From contig CBFGKC010000010.1 in NCBI GenBank assembly GCA_965649265.1, forward strand, positions 1,292 through 65,291: a stretch of 64,000 nucleotides of DNA. The letters run 5' to 3'. This DNA comes from a candidate division WOR-3 bacterium. Its GTDB lineage: Bacteria > Hydrothermota > Tepidihabitantia > B3-TA06. Position numbers and translations under genes: made by a program. Of the stretch, positions 38,645 through 48,069 are shown one piece after another. Within the stretch, counting starts at the first letter, position 1. The number at the start of each line of letters is the position of its first letter. The notes beneath the pieces were generated by a model. That model saw nothing but the letters and a program-made list of their open reading frames with translations, did no database searches and had not been told where the DNA came from.

Positions 38645-39826
38645 TCAAGTGGTTTTGAATCTTTTGTAAATTGAAGCTTCCTCTTTTACCCGCTCCGGCC
38701 ATGGCTTGAAGAATTCCTTTGAGAATAACCGTGCGTTTGAACCTAACCGATTTCTGAATTCATCGTCCTTCATGAGCGTTTCGATTCCACGAGCAGCACC
38801 CTGAATATCGTGCGATGGAAATAACAATGATGTATTCTCATGGCGAAGGAACATGGCTGAGCATCCTGTGTCAAAGGCAACAACCGGCTTACCCATGACA
38901 AGAGCTTCTATGACGGTGTTTGTTATATTTGAAAGATCCTGGGTCGAAAGAACAATCGAGGCATCGTAAAGGTATTCGTACATCCTGGTTCGCGGCACGC
39001 TTCCTGCAAAATTGACGTTCGAGGATACCCCGAGCTTATCTGCCAATTTCCTGAGCGAATCGCGTTCGGGGCCATCCCCCAGAATTACGAACTGTAATTC
39101 CGGCAGGTTTTGACACACAATTGCGGCGATGCTGACCACTTTGTCCATCCTCTTCCAGTCAACGAGTCGACCTGCAGTAAGAACGTAAGGCGCAGTTCGG
39201 CCGGATGGTTTCATGTCGAGAATCGACGGTTCGTAACCATTTACAAGGAAATCGTATTTGCTTTTCGGGATTCTAAAAAGACTGCATATTACATCACCGC
39301 ATGTTCCGTCGTCTGTTATAACAAGATGGTCAGGAGGATTGCGCAAAAGGGATAACAGATCAAAATAAAGCTCCTTTCGAATACCCCTCGACAAACGTTC
39401 ATGAGTCGCACTGACTCCATAAAGCCTTGTTACGGCAGGTACCCGAAGACGACGAGCAACCCTTCTCAGCGCAAATATTGTCTCAGAGGAATGACCGACT
39501 ACAAGATCGAATTTCTCCCCGGACTTCGTTACCCAGCACGATACAAGCTCTGTCCATAAAGAGATTGCTGGAAGCCGGTAAAGAAATGCGAAGCCGGTAT
39601 TCAAAACGAACCGCAAACTCTCGAATGGATTATGCTTGATACGCACAAAACGGACGTTCTCACTTTCTTCGAGCAAGGGCAGACCGTTAGAAAATGGAGA
39701 AACGTGCGTTACATGAAAACCGGCTTGGGTCATGGCCTGGATCGCGTACGTCTCGGATGGCGATCCACCTCCCCCTCCCTGCGACCAGACGGACGGCCAC
39801 GGCGATATGGAAAGGATTTTATTCAA
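38645..39826 (-). CDS. GT4-family glycosyltransferase. A TTG start at 39826 is proposed; the track ORF extends to 39982 and overlaps tal.
   Basis: The N-terminal GT4 pattern (L)NKILSISPWPSVWSQGGGGGSPSETYAIQAMTQAGFHVTHV matches M-KIL.vS..fPP..GG....v..LA..L...GH.V.V and begins at a TTG codon. The C-terminal GT-B catalytic domain is present. Confidence 0.7.
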   Translation of the reverse strand: MNKILSISPWPSVWSQGGGGGSPSETYAIQAMTQAGFHVTHVSPFSNGLPLLEESENVRFVRIKHNPFESLRFVLNTGFAFLYRLPAISLWTELVSCWVTKSGEKFDLVVGHSSETIFALRRVARRLRVPAVTRLYGVSATHERLSRGIRKELYFDLLSLLRNPPDHLVITDDGTCGDVICSLFRIPKSKYDFLVNGYEPSILDMKPSGRTAPYVLTAGRLVDWKRMDKVVSIAAIVCQNLPELQFVILGDGPERDSLRKLADKLGVSSNVNFAGSVPRTRMYEYLYDASIVLSTQDLSNITNTVIEALVMGKPVVAFDTGCSAMFLRHENTSLLFPSHDIQGAARGIETLMKDDEFRNRLGSNARLFSKEFFKPWPERVKEEASIYKRFKTT

Positions 39827-39870
39827 GCCTTTGCCCGGTCTTTCGATTTCTAAGGACCAGCCGTATACAA

Positions 39871-40530
39871 CTAGTCTATTGAGAACCCTGTCTTCTGCCA
39901 GTCTTCGAGAAAGCGCTTCAAACCGATATCGGTCAGCGGATGCTTGATCATCTGACGAAAAACCGCAGCCGGCATGGTGCAAATATCGGCCCCAATGAGC
40001 GCGGCCTGCAAGACGTGTTCAGGATGACGTGTACTGGCGAATATTATCTGAGTGTCTATGCCGTAGTTATCGTAGATTTCCTTGATTTTGGAGACTTCAT
40101 CCACGCCTTCATGACCGACGTCGTCAAGCCTGCCGACAAAGGGGGATACGTAGGAAGCACCTGCGTTAGCCGCCATAAGGGCCTGTAATGGAGAAAACAC
40201 GAGTGTCATGTTGACCGGGATCCCTTCCTCGAAAAGGAGCGTCGTAGCCGTGAGTCCTTCGGGAACGCAAGGCACCTTTACAACGACGTGTTCGGAGATT
40301 TCTGAGAGTGACTTTGCCTGCTTTACCATGCCTTGCGCGTCGAGAGCGGTTACTTCAGCAGAAACCGGGCCCTGGACGATATCGCATATCTCCTTGATCA
40401 ACTTGCGGTAGTCGGTACAGTCCTTCTCCTTTGCAAGAAGCGATGGGTTCGTTGTCACACCGTCGAGAATGCCCCATTCGGCTATCTCGCGTATCTCTTT
40501 TATATTTCCAGTATCCAGGTATAGCTGCAT
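39871..40530 (-). CDS. tal: Transaldolase, short Fsa/TalC type
   Basis: MQLYLDTGNIKEIREIAEWGILDGVTTNPSL. The Schiff-base Lys lies in the VKVP region. Confidence 0.9.
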   Translation of the reverse strand: MQLYLDTGNIKEIREIAEWGILDGVTTNPSLLAKEKDCTDYRKLIKEICDIVQGPVSAEVTALDAQGMVKQAKSLSEISEHVVVKVPCVPEGLTATTLLFEEGIPVNMTLVFSPLQALMAANAGASYVSPFVGRLDDVGHEGVDEVSKIKEIYDNYGIDTQIIFASTRHPEHVLQAALIGADICTMPAAVFRQMIKHPLTDIGLKRFLEDWQKTGFSID

Positions 40531-40572
40531 TCATCCTCCTTAGACCAGCATCCATATCGCGGATGACGATCG

Positions 40573-41295
40573 TTACTTTTCATAGTTTACTTTTACAAGC
40601 ACCAGCCCGTTGGCAGGGGCGGTAATCACCTGCAACGGTTTTGTGCGGCTGAACAAAAGAGGTATTATGTCCTTTTCAATACGCCCCCTCCCGCAATCGG
40701 TAATTATACCAACGATTCTCCGAACCATCTTGTATAAAAACCCGGGAGCGCTGACATCTATAATAATCTCACTCCCGTTTTCCTTAAGATCAATGCAATC
40801 AACAGTGATTGTCGGCCTTGGATCATCTACTTCACAAAGAGCTACGTAGTCGTGTTCACCGGCAAGAAGTTCTACGGCTTCTTTCATTCTTTCAAAATCA
40901 AGCTTGTAATGATATTCCCAAGCGCGCACGCGGCGAAGAGGTGAGCGACCCCTGATTATGGTATAACGATACAGCTTCGACAATGCGTCTCTCCTTGCAT
41001 CAAAGGAAGGATATACTTCCTCGAGATTCTGCAAGCATATGGATCTGGGTAAAACGGAATTTAATGCGAAAATTAGCCTGTAAAGTTCCAACGATCCATA
41101 GTAATCGAAGGAAATAACCTGTCCGAGAGCGTGAACTCCGGCGTCGGTGCGTCCGGCGCCCGTGATTCTCGTGGACCTTCCCGTTATCTTTTCCAGGGCG
41201 GCCTCAATGTTCCCCTGAATCGTTATCTTATCCGGTTGAACCTGCCAGCCGTAGTAATCGGTACCTTCATATTCAACGATGCCCCTAAGCCTCAT
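40573..41295 (-). CDS. truA: tRNA pseudouridine(38-40) synthase
   Basis: YEGTDYYGWQ ... catalytic Asp in RTDAGVHAL. Confidence 0.9.
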   Translation of the reverse strand: MRLRGIVEYEGTDYYGWQVQPDKITIQGNIEAALEKITGRSTRITGAGRTDAGVHALGQVISFDYYGSLELYRLIFALNSVLPRSICLQNLEEVYPSFDARRDALSKLYRYTIIRGRSPLRRVRAWEYHYKLDFERMKEAVELLAGEHDYVALCEVDDPRPTITVDCIDLKENGSEIIIDVSAPGFLYKMVRRIVGIITDCGRGRIEKDIIPLLFSRTKPLQVITAPANGLVLVKVNYEK

Positions 41296-41954
41296 CTGTA
41301 TACCACCGCAACAACGAGTAATGCGACGCTAATGGGAAAAAGTACAAAACCCGGTCTTTTGCCGGTGATTTGAACAGGATGAGTTGTTATTGAACGCGAC
41401 TCATCAAAAACCCGCGCAACCGAACGAGGTACGTCGGCCCATCGTTTAACCCTGGACAGGGAATCCAGAAAGAAGGGAACCGAAAGTAATGACAGCGCAA
41501 GAATCTCCCCGACAACCGGCTTGTGGAATATTTTGTCCGAGATCCTGGCAAGCCCCCACACAAGCTCATCGTGAGTGCAGATGTGGACGAGCAGAAAGGA
41601 AAAGAACAAAGCCAGCGCCAGACGACCTCCTACAATTAACGCCTTCCAAAGTACATCGAGATTTTGACTGGAAACGAAAAGCGCAGGATCGACCAGTGAT
41701 TTGAAGCCGTGCGGGAGATAAAGAATCCAATTAAAAAAAACACTAAGCACTATAATAGGCAGCGAAAGCTTCATGTATCGGCTCCAGAACGGCAATCCGG
41801 TTCTTCCGAAAAGAGAGGATACAACCAAAAGGACTGCTGCGGCACAGAATTCCTCCATGCGATTCAGAAAAGGCACGGCAGCAATAAACACAACAGTCAG
41901 AACTATGAGCATTGCCGGAGAAACTCTTGAAAGCAACGAACGTCTATCTCCCAT
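41292..41954 (-). CDS. Polytopic membrane protein, possibly an ECF-transporter T component (EcfT/CbiQ-like)
   Basis: About 5 hydrophobic helices. Located immediately upstream of truA with a 4-bp overlap, which is the typical position of ecfT. The sequence match to EcfT is weak. Confidence 0.4.
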   Translation of the reverse strand: MGDRRSLLSRVSPAMLIVLTVVFIAAVPFLNRMEEFCAAAVLLVVSSLFGRTGLPFWSRYMKLSLPIIVLSVFFNWILYLPHGFKSLVDPALFVSSQNLDVLWKALIVGGRLALALFFSFLLVHICTHDELVWGLARISDKIFHKPVVGEILALSLLSVPFFLDSLSRVKRWADVPRSVARVFDESRSITTHPVQITGKRPGFVLFPISVALLVVAVVYR

Positions 41955-41983
41955 GGGCTAGAATAAATAATTCCCAAGTGTTG

Positions 41984-42742
41984 TCAAGATTTCTGATCAT
42001 ACTCCGATCGACTAAGAATGATCCCCCAGTTCCTGCCCTTTTCAGGCTCACGTCTGTGGGAATAAAAGCGCTTGGTTTCACAATGAGTACAGAGATTCAG
42101 CGAACATATCTCCGTCGCACCTATAGAGTTCAAAAGGAATCTGTTTGCAGCCCGCAAATCAAGAAAAAGGCCGTGACGATTTTTTTCAAAAAAAACAAGT
42201 GCCTCCGGCCAAAGACTCCTGAAATCGTCCATAACATCGTTTTGAACCTTATAGCACCTGCCCCCTATCGAGGGACCAAGCGAATAATTCAACTCGCCTG
42301 GTTTGATTCCCATCTCTTTCTCAACCTTCTCGGCAAATCTCAATACAATCTTTGCAAGCGTCCCCCGCCAGCCGGCATGAACTACTCCCGTCAACGAACC
42401 TTTCTTGCTCCATAAGAAAACCGGTACGCAGTCGGCAACCCTTACAATCAAAGCGATATTCCGGCTCGTTGTAAAACATCCATCAGCCTCGAGTTCACAT
42501 GGACGTTCCACCCGCAATATCTTGTCGGAATGGGTCTGTTTCATGGTAACGAGAGAGTCTGATAATTTCAACGCGTTTATCTGATCTGCAACGGACAGGT
42601 TGTGATCATCTTCAAAGTCAGTTTTGCGCCTTGTGGTGAAGTAAATCTCTATGTTCTTGAAAGGGTTTATCGTGTAAAATCTCAAGCCCCCACGTTCAAA
42701 AATCGTCCACGTATTATTTGGAGTTGAAGGAGATTCATTCAT
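41984..42742 (-). CDS. pgeF: YfiH/PgeF (LACC1-family) purine nucleoside phosphorylase / peptidoglycan editing factor
   Basis: ...DGCFT...VADCVPVFLW...GVVHAGWRG conserved His/Cys/His motifs. Confidence 0.85.
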   Translation of the reverse strand: MNESPSTPNNTWTIFERGGLRFYTINPFKNIEIYFTTRRKTDFEDDHNLSVADQINALKLSDSLVTMKQTHSDKILRVERPCELEADGCFTTSRNIALIVRVADCVPVFLWSKKGSLTGVVHAGWRGTLAKIVLRFAEKVEKEMGIKPGELNYSLGPSIGGRCYKVQNDVMDDFRSLWPEALVFFEKNRHGLFLDLRAANRFLLNSIGATEICSLNLCTHCETKRFYSHRREPEKGRNWGIILSRSEYDQKS

Positions 42743-44475
42743 TGTGACTCCGGTGTTTTGACTAACTTGATATCTCGAGCGACAAGCTTCAGCATCTTTT
42801 TGCCCCAGTAATTGTCTTCGTTTATCCTGTACACAATGTCCAGAGCGTCTTTTAAACCCGACTCCAGAGAAAGAACGAGTTCGGCTCCACCGAATGCCAT
42901 CACCGGCATTATTGTTTCTCCCTTGCGAACGGTAAAAGTCAGGTGATCCTTGCCGAATACCCTGGGGGTACCCACAACCTCAAGCCCCCTGGTAGCGAAA
43001 CAAGGCTCCGGGTTACCCACCCCATAAGGTTTGAAAACCTCCAATGCGTCTTTAAGCTCACCTGCAAGCTCATTCAATTCAACAAAGGCATCAAGACGAA
43101 GCTTCGGCTCAAACAAGTCTTGAGGATAGGAAAGCGCACATTCATTTATGGCGCCGGTAAAGGATTTCAACTCGTTCCTTTCCATTACAAGCCCGGCTGC
43201 GGCGGCATGCCCGCCGAAACTCTCGAGATGACTGCGAACGGAAAAGAGGGCATCGTGCAGGTTAAAACCGGGTATGCTTCTGCCCGAACCCTTTAATTTT
43301 CCATCCTTATCGGCAAAAAGAATAACCGGCCTGTAATAGTCGTCTACAAGACGCGAGGCAACTATCCCTATGACACCCTCATGCCAGCCGGACCGGTGCA
43401 GTACAAGCACTCTCGGGTTTCTTTCCATTATTTCACGTTCGGCAAGAATTCTTGCAGTTTCGAGAATTGCGCTCTCGGTTTCTTTCCTTACGGTATTGTG
43501 TTTATCCAGTTCCAGGGCAAGGATTCCAGCTTCCTCCTCATCGCGAGTAATTAAAAGCTTCAAGGCAGAAAGGGCATCGGACATTCTGCCCGATGCGTTC
43601 AGCCTCGGCGCGAGAGCGAAAGCAACGTTCTGGGAAGTCACTGTTTTTCCTTTAAGATTGGAGATATCGAGAAGCGCCTTGATGCCCGGATTGATTGCTT
43701 GCGTGATTTTTCCGAGGCCAAATCGAGCAAAAACCCGGTTTTCGCCGATCAACGGTGCTACGTCCGCGATCGTGCCGAGCGCCACAAGATCCAAGTCCTC
43801 ATAGACGAGATCGAGAGAGCCTTTCAGAGAGGTCGTCAAAGCCGCAAGGAGCTTGAAAGCGACTCCTACACCGGCGAGTTCACTGAACGGATACTTCGAA
43901 TCCGCTCTTTTGGGATCAATAACCGCGAGGGCTTCGGGCAGTTGTTCACCGGGTTCGTGGTGATCGGTCACGATCAGGTCTATGCCGGCTCTTAAAGCAA
44001 GCTGTGCTTCTTCAATAGCGGTGACGCCGCAGTCCACGGTCAGTATGAGCGAGGCGTTTATCCTTTTGGCCTCTTCAATAGCCCTTGCGGAAAGACCGTA
44101 TCCCTCCTCGATGCGGCGAGGTAGATAATACTCGGCGCCGATGCCGATTCGTTCGAAACCCTTTATCAGAAGTGCGGTTGCGGAAACCCCGTCCACATCG
44201 TAATCGCCGTGAATCAATACCTTCTCCCCTCTCTCCTTCGCCTTCACTAATCTCTCGACCGCGGGCTTCATTCCTTCAAGCAGGAAGGGGTCGTGAAGAT
44301 GGTCCAGGGATGGGTTCCGGAATCGCTCCACGGATATAATGTCACGGTATCCGCGCCTGTACAAAACGAGCGCGGCAAGAAAAGGAAGCCTGGCCTCGGA
44401 CGAGAGTCTGGAAATGGCGTCCTCATCCACAGGTTCCAGAATCCATAAAGGTTTTTTTAATTCTATTCGGGTCAT
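42739..44475 (-). CDS. recJ: Single-stranded-DNA-specific 5'-3' exonuclease RecJ
   Basis: DHH motifs HGDYDVDGVSA and LIVTDHH, a DHHA1 domain and a C-terminal OB region. 578 aa. Confidence 0.9.
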   Translation of the reverse strand: MTRIELKKPLWILEPVDEDAISRLSSEARLPFLAALVLYRRGYRDIISVERFRNPSLDHLHDPFLLEGMKPAVERLVKAKERGEKVLIHGDYDVDGVSATALLIKGFERIGIGAEYYLPRRIEEGYGLSARAIEEAKRINASLILTVDCGVTAIEEAQLALRAGIDLIVTDHHEPGEQLPEALAVIDPKRADSKYPFSELAGVGVAFKLLAALTTSLKGSLDLVYEDLDLVALGTIADVAPLIGENRVFARFGLGKITQAINPGIKALLDISNLKGKTVTSQNVAFALAPRLNASGRMSDALSALKLLITRDEEEAGILALELDKHNTVRKETESAILETARILAEREIMERNPRVLVLHRSGWHEGVIGIVASRLVDDYYRPVILFADKDGKLKGSGRSIPGFNLHDALFSVRSHLESFGGHAAAAGLVMERNELKSFTGAINECALSYPQDLFEPKLRLDAFVELNELAGELKDALEVFKPYGVGNPEPCFATRGLEVVGTPRVFGKDHLTFTVRKGETIMPVMAFGGAELVLSLESGLKDALDIVYRINEDNYWGKKMLKLVARDIKLVKTPESQ

Positions 44476-44484
44476 CCTGGATGA

Positions 44485-45339
44485 TTACTTTTTTATAGAC
44501 ATTATGTCGAGTGATATGTCAAGGGCAGGCGCGGAATGCGTCAAAGCGCCTATCGAAATGAAATCGACCCCGGTCTCTGCAATTGATTTCACACTGCGAA
44601 GATTAACACCTCCCGACGCTTCCAACTCCACCCGTCCCGAAGCCATTTTCACCGCCCTCCGCATCTGAGCCAGGGTCATGTTGTCCAGCATTATCCTGTC
44701 GACCCCGGCTACACCGAGCGCTTCACTCACGTCTTCGAGGCTCTTGCATTCGACTTCGACCTTCAGACCGGGATTCGACCGCACGGTTGCTTCGACGGCG
44801 CTTGTTATCGAGCCACAGGCGGCCTCGTGGTTGTCCTTGATGAGAATCATGTCGTAAAGACCCATCCGGTGATTTACCCCTCCCCCCATGCGAACCGCAT
44901 ACTTTTCCAGTATCCTGAGACCCGGCGTCGTCTTGCGGGTATCCGTTATGACAGCCTTAGTTCCCTTTACCGCCTCGACGAATCTGGTGGCAAGGGTCGC
45001 GATACCGGAGAGTCTTTGCAGAAAGTTGAGGGCCGTGCGCTCAGCGGTCAATATCCCTCTAGTGGGACCCGACAAGTAAGCGATCACGCGGCCAGCCTTG
45101 ATCTTGTCCCCGTCATCGGCCTCGAATTTTACTACGATCTCTGAATTCACCTGGTGAAACACCTCTACTGCGACATCTGAGCCCGCAAGAACGCCGTCCT
45201 GCTTGCAAAGGATTACGGCCTCCGACTTTGAAGACGAAGGTATCGTGGCCTTTGTCGTGACGTCGCCCGGACCAACGTCCTCGGAAAGCGCTCTTTTAAC
45301 AATCTCGCCGATTGTCCGACTGAAACTCGCATCCGTCAT
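44485..45339 (-). CDS. nadC: Nicotinate-nucleotide (quinolinate) phosphoribosyltransferase, carboxylating
   Basis: Typical QPRTase motifs: RTALNFLQRLSGIAT, TRKTTPGLR, IMLDN. Confidence 0.9.
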   Translation of the reverse strand: MTDASFSRTIGEIVKRALSEDVGPGDVTTKATIPSSSKSEAVILCKQDGVLAGSDVAVEVFHQVNSEIVVKFEADDGDKIKAGRVIAYLSGPTRGILTAERTALNFLQRLSGIATLATRFVEAVKGTKAVITDTRKTTPGLRILEKYAVRMGGGVNHRMGLYDMILIKDNHEAACGSITSAVEATVRSNPGLKVEVECKSLEDVSEALGVAGVDRIMLDNMTLAQMRRAVKMASGRVELEASGGVNLRSVKSIAETGVDFISIGALTHSAPALDISLDIMSIKK

Positions 45340-45644
45340 TGAGTTATTTTAGGCCGATAAAACACCAGGTCAACTGCCTTAAGGTTGACGAACCGCCGTA
45401 TGCCGCTATACTCGAACAGATGAAACGCTTTAAAGTGATACTGCGACCCGAGCCTGAAGGCGGCTATACCTTTCTTGTCCCCTCCCTCCCTGGATGCATA
45501 AGCTACGGCGAAAGCCTGGAGGAAGCGCGCAGAAACGGCAAGGAAGCCGCAAAGGCATATCTAGCATGCCTTAAGGAACATAACGAGTGCTGCAAGGATG
45601 ACTCAGATTGCCTATTTGAGGAGATTGAGGTCGAGGATGAGTGA
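45339..45644 (+). CDS. hicB: HicB-family antitoxin (UPF0150 / RNase H-like fold)
   Basis: YTFLVPSLPGCISYGESLEEARRNGKEAAKAYL. Confidence 0.7.
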   Translation: MSYFRPIKHQVNCLKVDEPPYAAILEQMKRFKVILRPEPEGGYTFLVPSLPGCISYGESLEEARRNGKEAAKAYLACLKEHNECCKDDSDCLFEEIEVEDE

Positions 45645-45867
45645 CATACCGGTCATGAAGCCTTCGGAGATCATGGACATTCTCAGGAAGGCGGGCTTTC
45701 ACGTTGACCATCAATCCGGCAGCCACGTAGTTTTTCACAACGACAAGACCGGCGCGCGAGTAGTGGTTCCTTTTCATCACAAGGACCTTCCGAAAGGGAC
45801 CCTGATGGCTATCCTGAGAGCTTCGGGCATCTCGAGAAACTTTATGACGGAGCTTCTTTATGCCTGA
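45637..45867 (+). CDS. hicA: HicA-family mRNA interferase toxin
   Basis: MKPSEIMDILRKAGFHVDHQSGSHVVF..., with the dsRBD-like fold signature and catalytic His in GSH. The start overlaps the hicB stop by 8 nt; an alternative start lies at 45655. Confidence 0.75.
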   Translation: MSDIPVMKPSEIMDILRKAGFHVDHQSGSHVVFHNDKTGARVVVPFHHKDLPKGTLMAILRASGISRNFMTELLYA

Positions 45868-47872
45868 GTTCCAGCTGATCTCGGACATGACGCCTAAAGG
45901 CGATCAGCCCGGGGCGATCAAGGAACTCGTGGAGGGACTGAGGAAGGGTGATAAACACCAGACCCTTCTGGGAGTGACCGGATCGGGTAAAACCTTCGTC
46001 ATGGCCAACGTGATAGCCCAGGTTCAGAGGCCCACGCTCGTCATGAGTCCTAATAAGACACTTGCCGCGCAGCTTTACGGCGAGTACAGGCAGTTCTTTC
46101 CGAATAACGCGGTCGAGTATTTCATCTCGTATTACGATTACTACCAGCCCGAGGCCTACGTCCCGGAGTACGATCTTTATATCGAGAAGGAAGCCGACAT
46201 CAACGAGGAGATCGAGCGCCTTCGGCTCCGGACGACGGCATCTTTACTCGAACGCAAGGACGTTATAATCGTCGCGTCGGTCTCGTGCATATATAACATC
46301 GGCGAACCGGCGGAATTCAAGGACAGGGTCAAGCTCATCAAGAGGGGCGAGATGATGGACAGGGATAACCTGCTCTCCGACCTGGTAAGGGAGCAGTACT
46401 CGCGAAACGATTACGAACTCAAGCGCTCTTCCTTCAGGGTAAAGGGCGATGTGGTGGAGGTCTGGCCCGCGCACGAGGACATCGCATTAAGGATCGAGTT
46501 CTTCGGCGACGAGGTGACTTCTTTAAGACGATTTGAGCCTGTATCGGGCAAGACGAAGGATGAACCCGAGGCCGTGATGATCTTCCCGGCCCGCCACTTC
46601 ATGGTCTCGGAGGTTACCCTCAAAGATGCACTAAAGGGCATCCACGACGAGATGATCGAAAGGGTAGCCGAACTTGAAAAAGAAGGCAAGCTTCTGGAGG
46701 CGCAGAGGCTTAAGACGCGAACAAAATACGACATAGAGATGCTTCGCGAGGTCGGCTACTGCCCCGGAATCGAGAACTATTCAAGACACCTGTCTGCGAG
46801 ACCTGCAGGTACGCGTCCGTGGTGCCTTCTGGACTACTTTCCAAGGGATTTCGTAACTATCATCGACGAGTCTCACGTCGCCGTGCCCCAGATTGACGGC
46901 ATGTACAAGGGCGACCGCTTCCGCAAGGAAAACCTGGTCACGCACGGATTCCGCCTGCCCTCGGCGCTCGATAACAGACCACTGAAGTTTACCGAGTTCG
47001 AGGAACTCGTCGGCCAGCGAATATACACATCCGCGACGCCGGGCGAATACGAACTCCTGAATTCGCAAAAGAGGGTAATCGAACTCGTCGTGAGACCGAC
47101 CGGACTCGTTGACCCGCCCATGGTCATAAGACCGACCGCCAACCAGGTAGACGATCTTATCGAGGAGATACGCACGAGGGTCGAGCGCAGGGAAAGAACA
47201 CTGGTCACGACACTTACGAAGAGAATGGCCGAGGATCTCGCAACCTATCTCGCCGAGATGGGCCTGAAGGTCCATTATATGCATTCGGAGATAAACGCCC
47301 TCGAGCGAGTGGACCTTTTGAGGGGACTGAGGTTAGGCGATTTCGACGTGCTCGTGGGGATAAATTTGCTGAGGGAGGGGCTCGATCTGCCCGAAGTTTC
47401 GTTAGTTGCGGTTCTGGACGCCGATAAGGAGGGCTTTTTGCGTGACGCGCGATCTTTAATCCAGACCTCAGGCCGCGCCGCAAGGAACGTTAACGGCCTC
47501 GTGATTCTTTATGCGGATAAGGTAACTAAGTCCATGAAAGCCGCGATCGACGAGGCAGAACGTCGAAGAAAAAAACAGGTGAAGCACAACGAGGAACACG
47601 GTATCACGCCCCAGACCATCATCAAGTCGATAGAACAGGTCATTGCAACAACCGGTGTTGCGGACGGAAAGAAACAGGTCGATGTGGATCTCGGGCACGA
47701 GCCGAAGGATGAGGAGGACAGGGTGGCGATGATTTCCGAACTTCAAGGTCTGATGAAGGAGGCGGTCGAGAAGCTCGATTTCGAGTCCGCAGCCCTTTAC
47801 CGCGACCGTATAACCGAACTCAAGCTGAAGATAGACAAGGAGATTTTGAAAAGGGTCCGGGGTAAGAAATAA
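45860..47872 (+). CDS. uvrB: Excinuclease ABC subunit B
   Basis: GVTGSGKTF. The beta-hairpin region YYDYYQPEAY. Helicase motifs. C-terminal UVR domain. Confidence 0.95.
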   Translation: MPEFQLISDMTPKGDQPGAIKELVEGLRKGDKHQTLLGVTGSGKTFVMANVIAQVQRPTLVMSPNKTLAAQLYGEYRQFFPNNAVEYFISYYDYYQPEAYVPEYDLYIEKEADINEEIERLRLRTTASLLERKDVIIVASVSCIYNIGEPAEFKDRVKLIKRGEMMDRDNLLSDLVREQYSRNDYELKRSSFRVKGDVVEVWPAHEDIALRIEFFGDEVTSLRRFEPVSGKTKDEPEAVMIFPARHFMVSEVTLKDALKGIHDEMIERVAELEKEGKLLEAQRLKTRTKYDIEMLREVGYCPGIENYSRHLSARPAGTRPWCLLDYFPRDFVTIIDESHVAVPQIDGMYKGDRFRKENLVTHGFRLPSALDNRPLKFTEFEELVGQRIYTSATPGEYELLNSQKRVIELVVRPTGLVDPPMVIRPTANQVDDLIEEIRTRVERRERTLVTTLTKRMAEDLATYLAEMGLKVHYMHSEINALERVDLLRGLRLGDFDVLVGINLLREGLDLPEVSLVAVLDADKEGFLRDARSLIQTSGRAARNVNGLVILYADKVTKSMKAAIDEAERRRKKQVKHNEEHGITPQTIIKSIEQVIATTGVADGKKQVDVDLGHEPKDEEDRVAMISELQGLMKEAVEKLDFESAALYRDRITELKLKIDKEILKRVRGKK

Positions 47873-48069
47873 TTTTCAATAAAAACATCCAAAATCGAAA
47901 TCATTGATAAAGAATTCAACGGCACCAATGCAACGCATTCACGATCTTTAACCTCACTTGTTTATGCGTCAACTTTTCGATTGTGAAGAAATTGTTTTTT
48001 TCTAAATCAAGCTTGACCCTTAGTTTTTTTTGCATAAACTTTCTTTCAAAATCCGCCAAGGAGGCAGCG

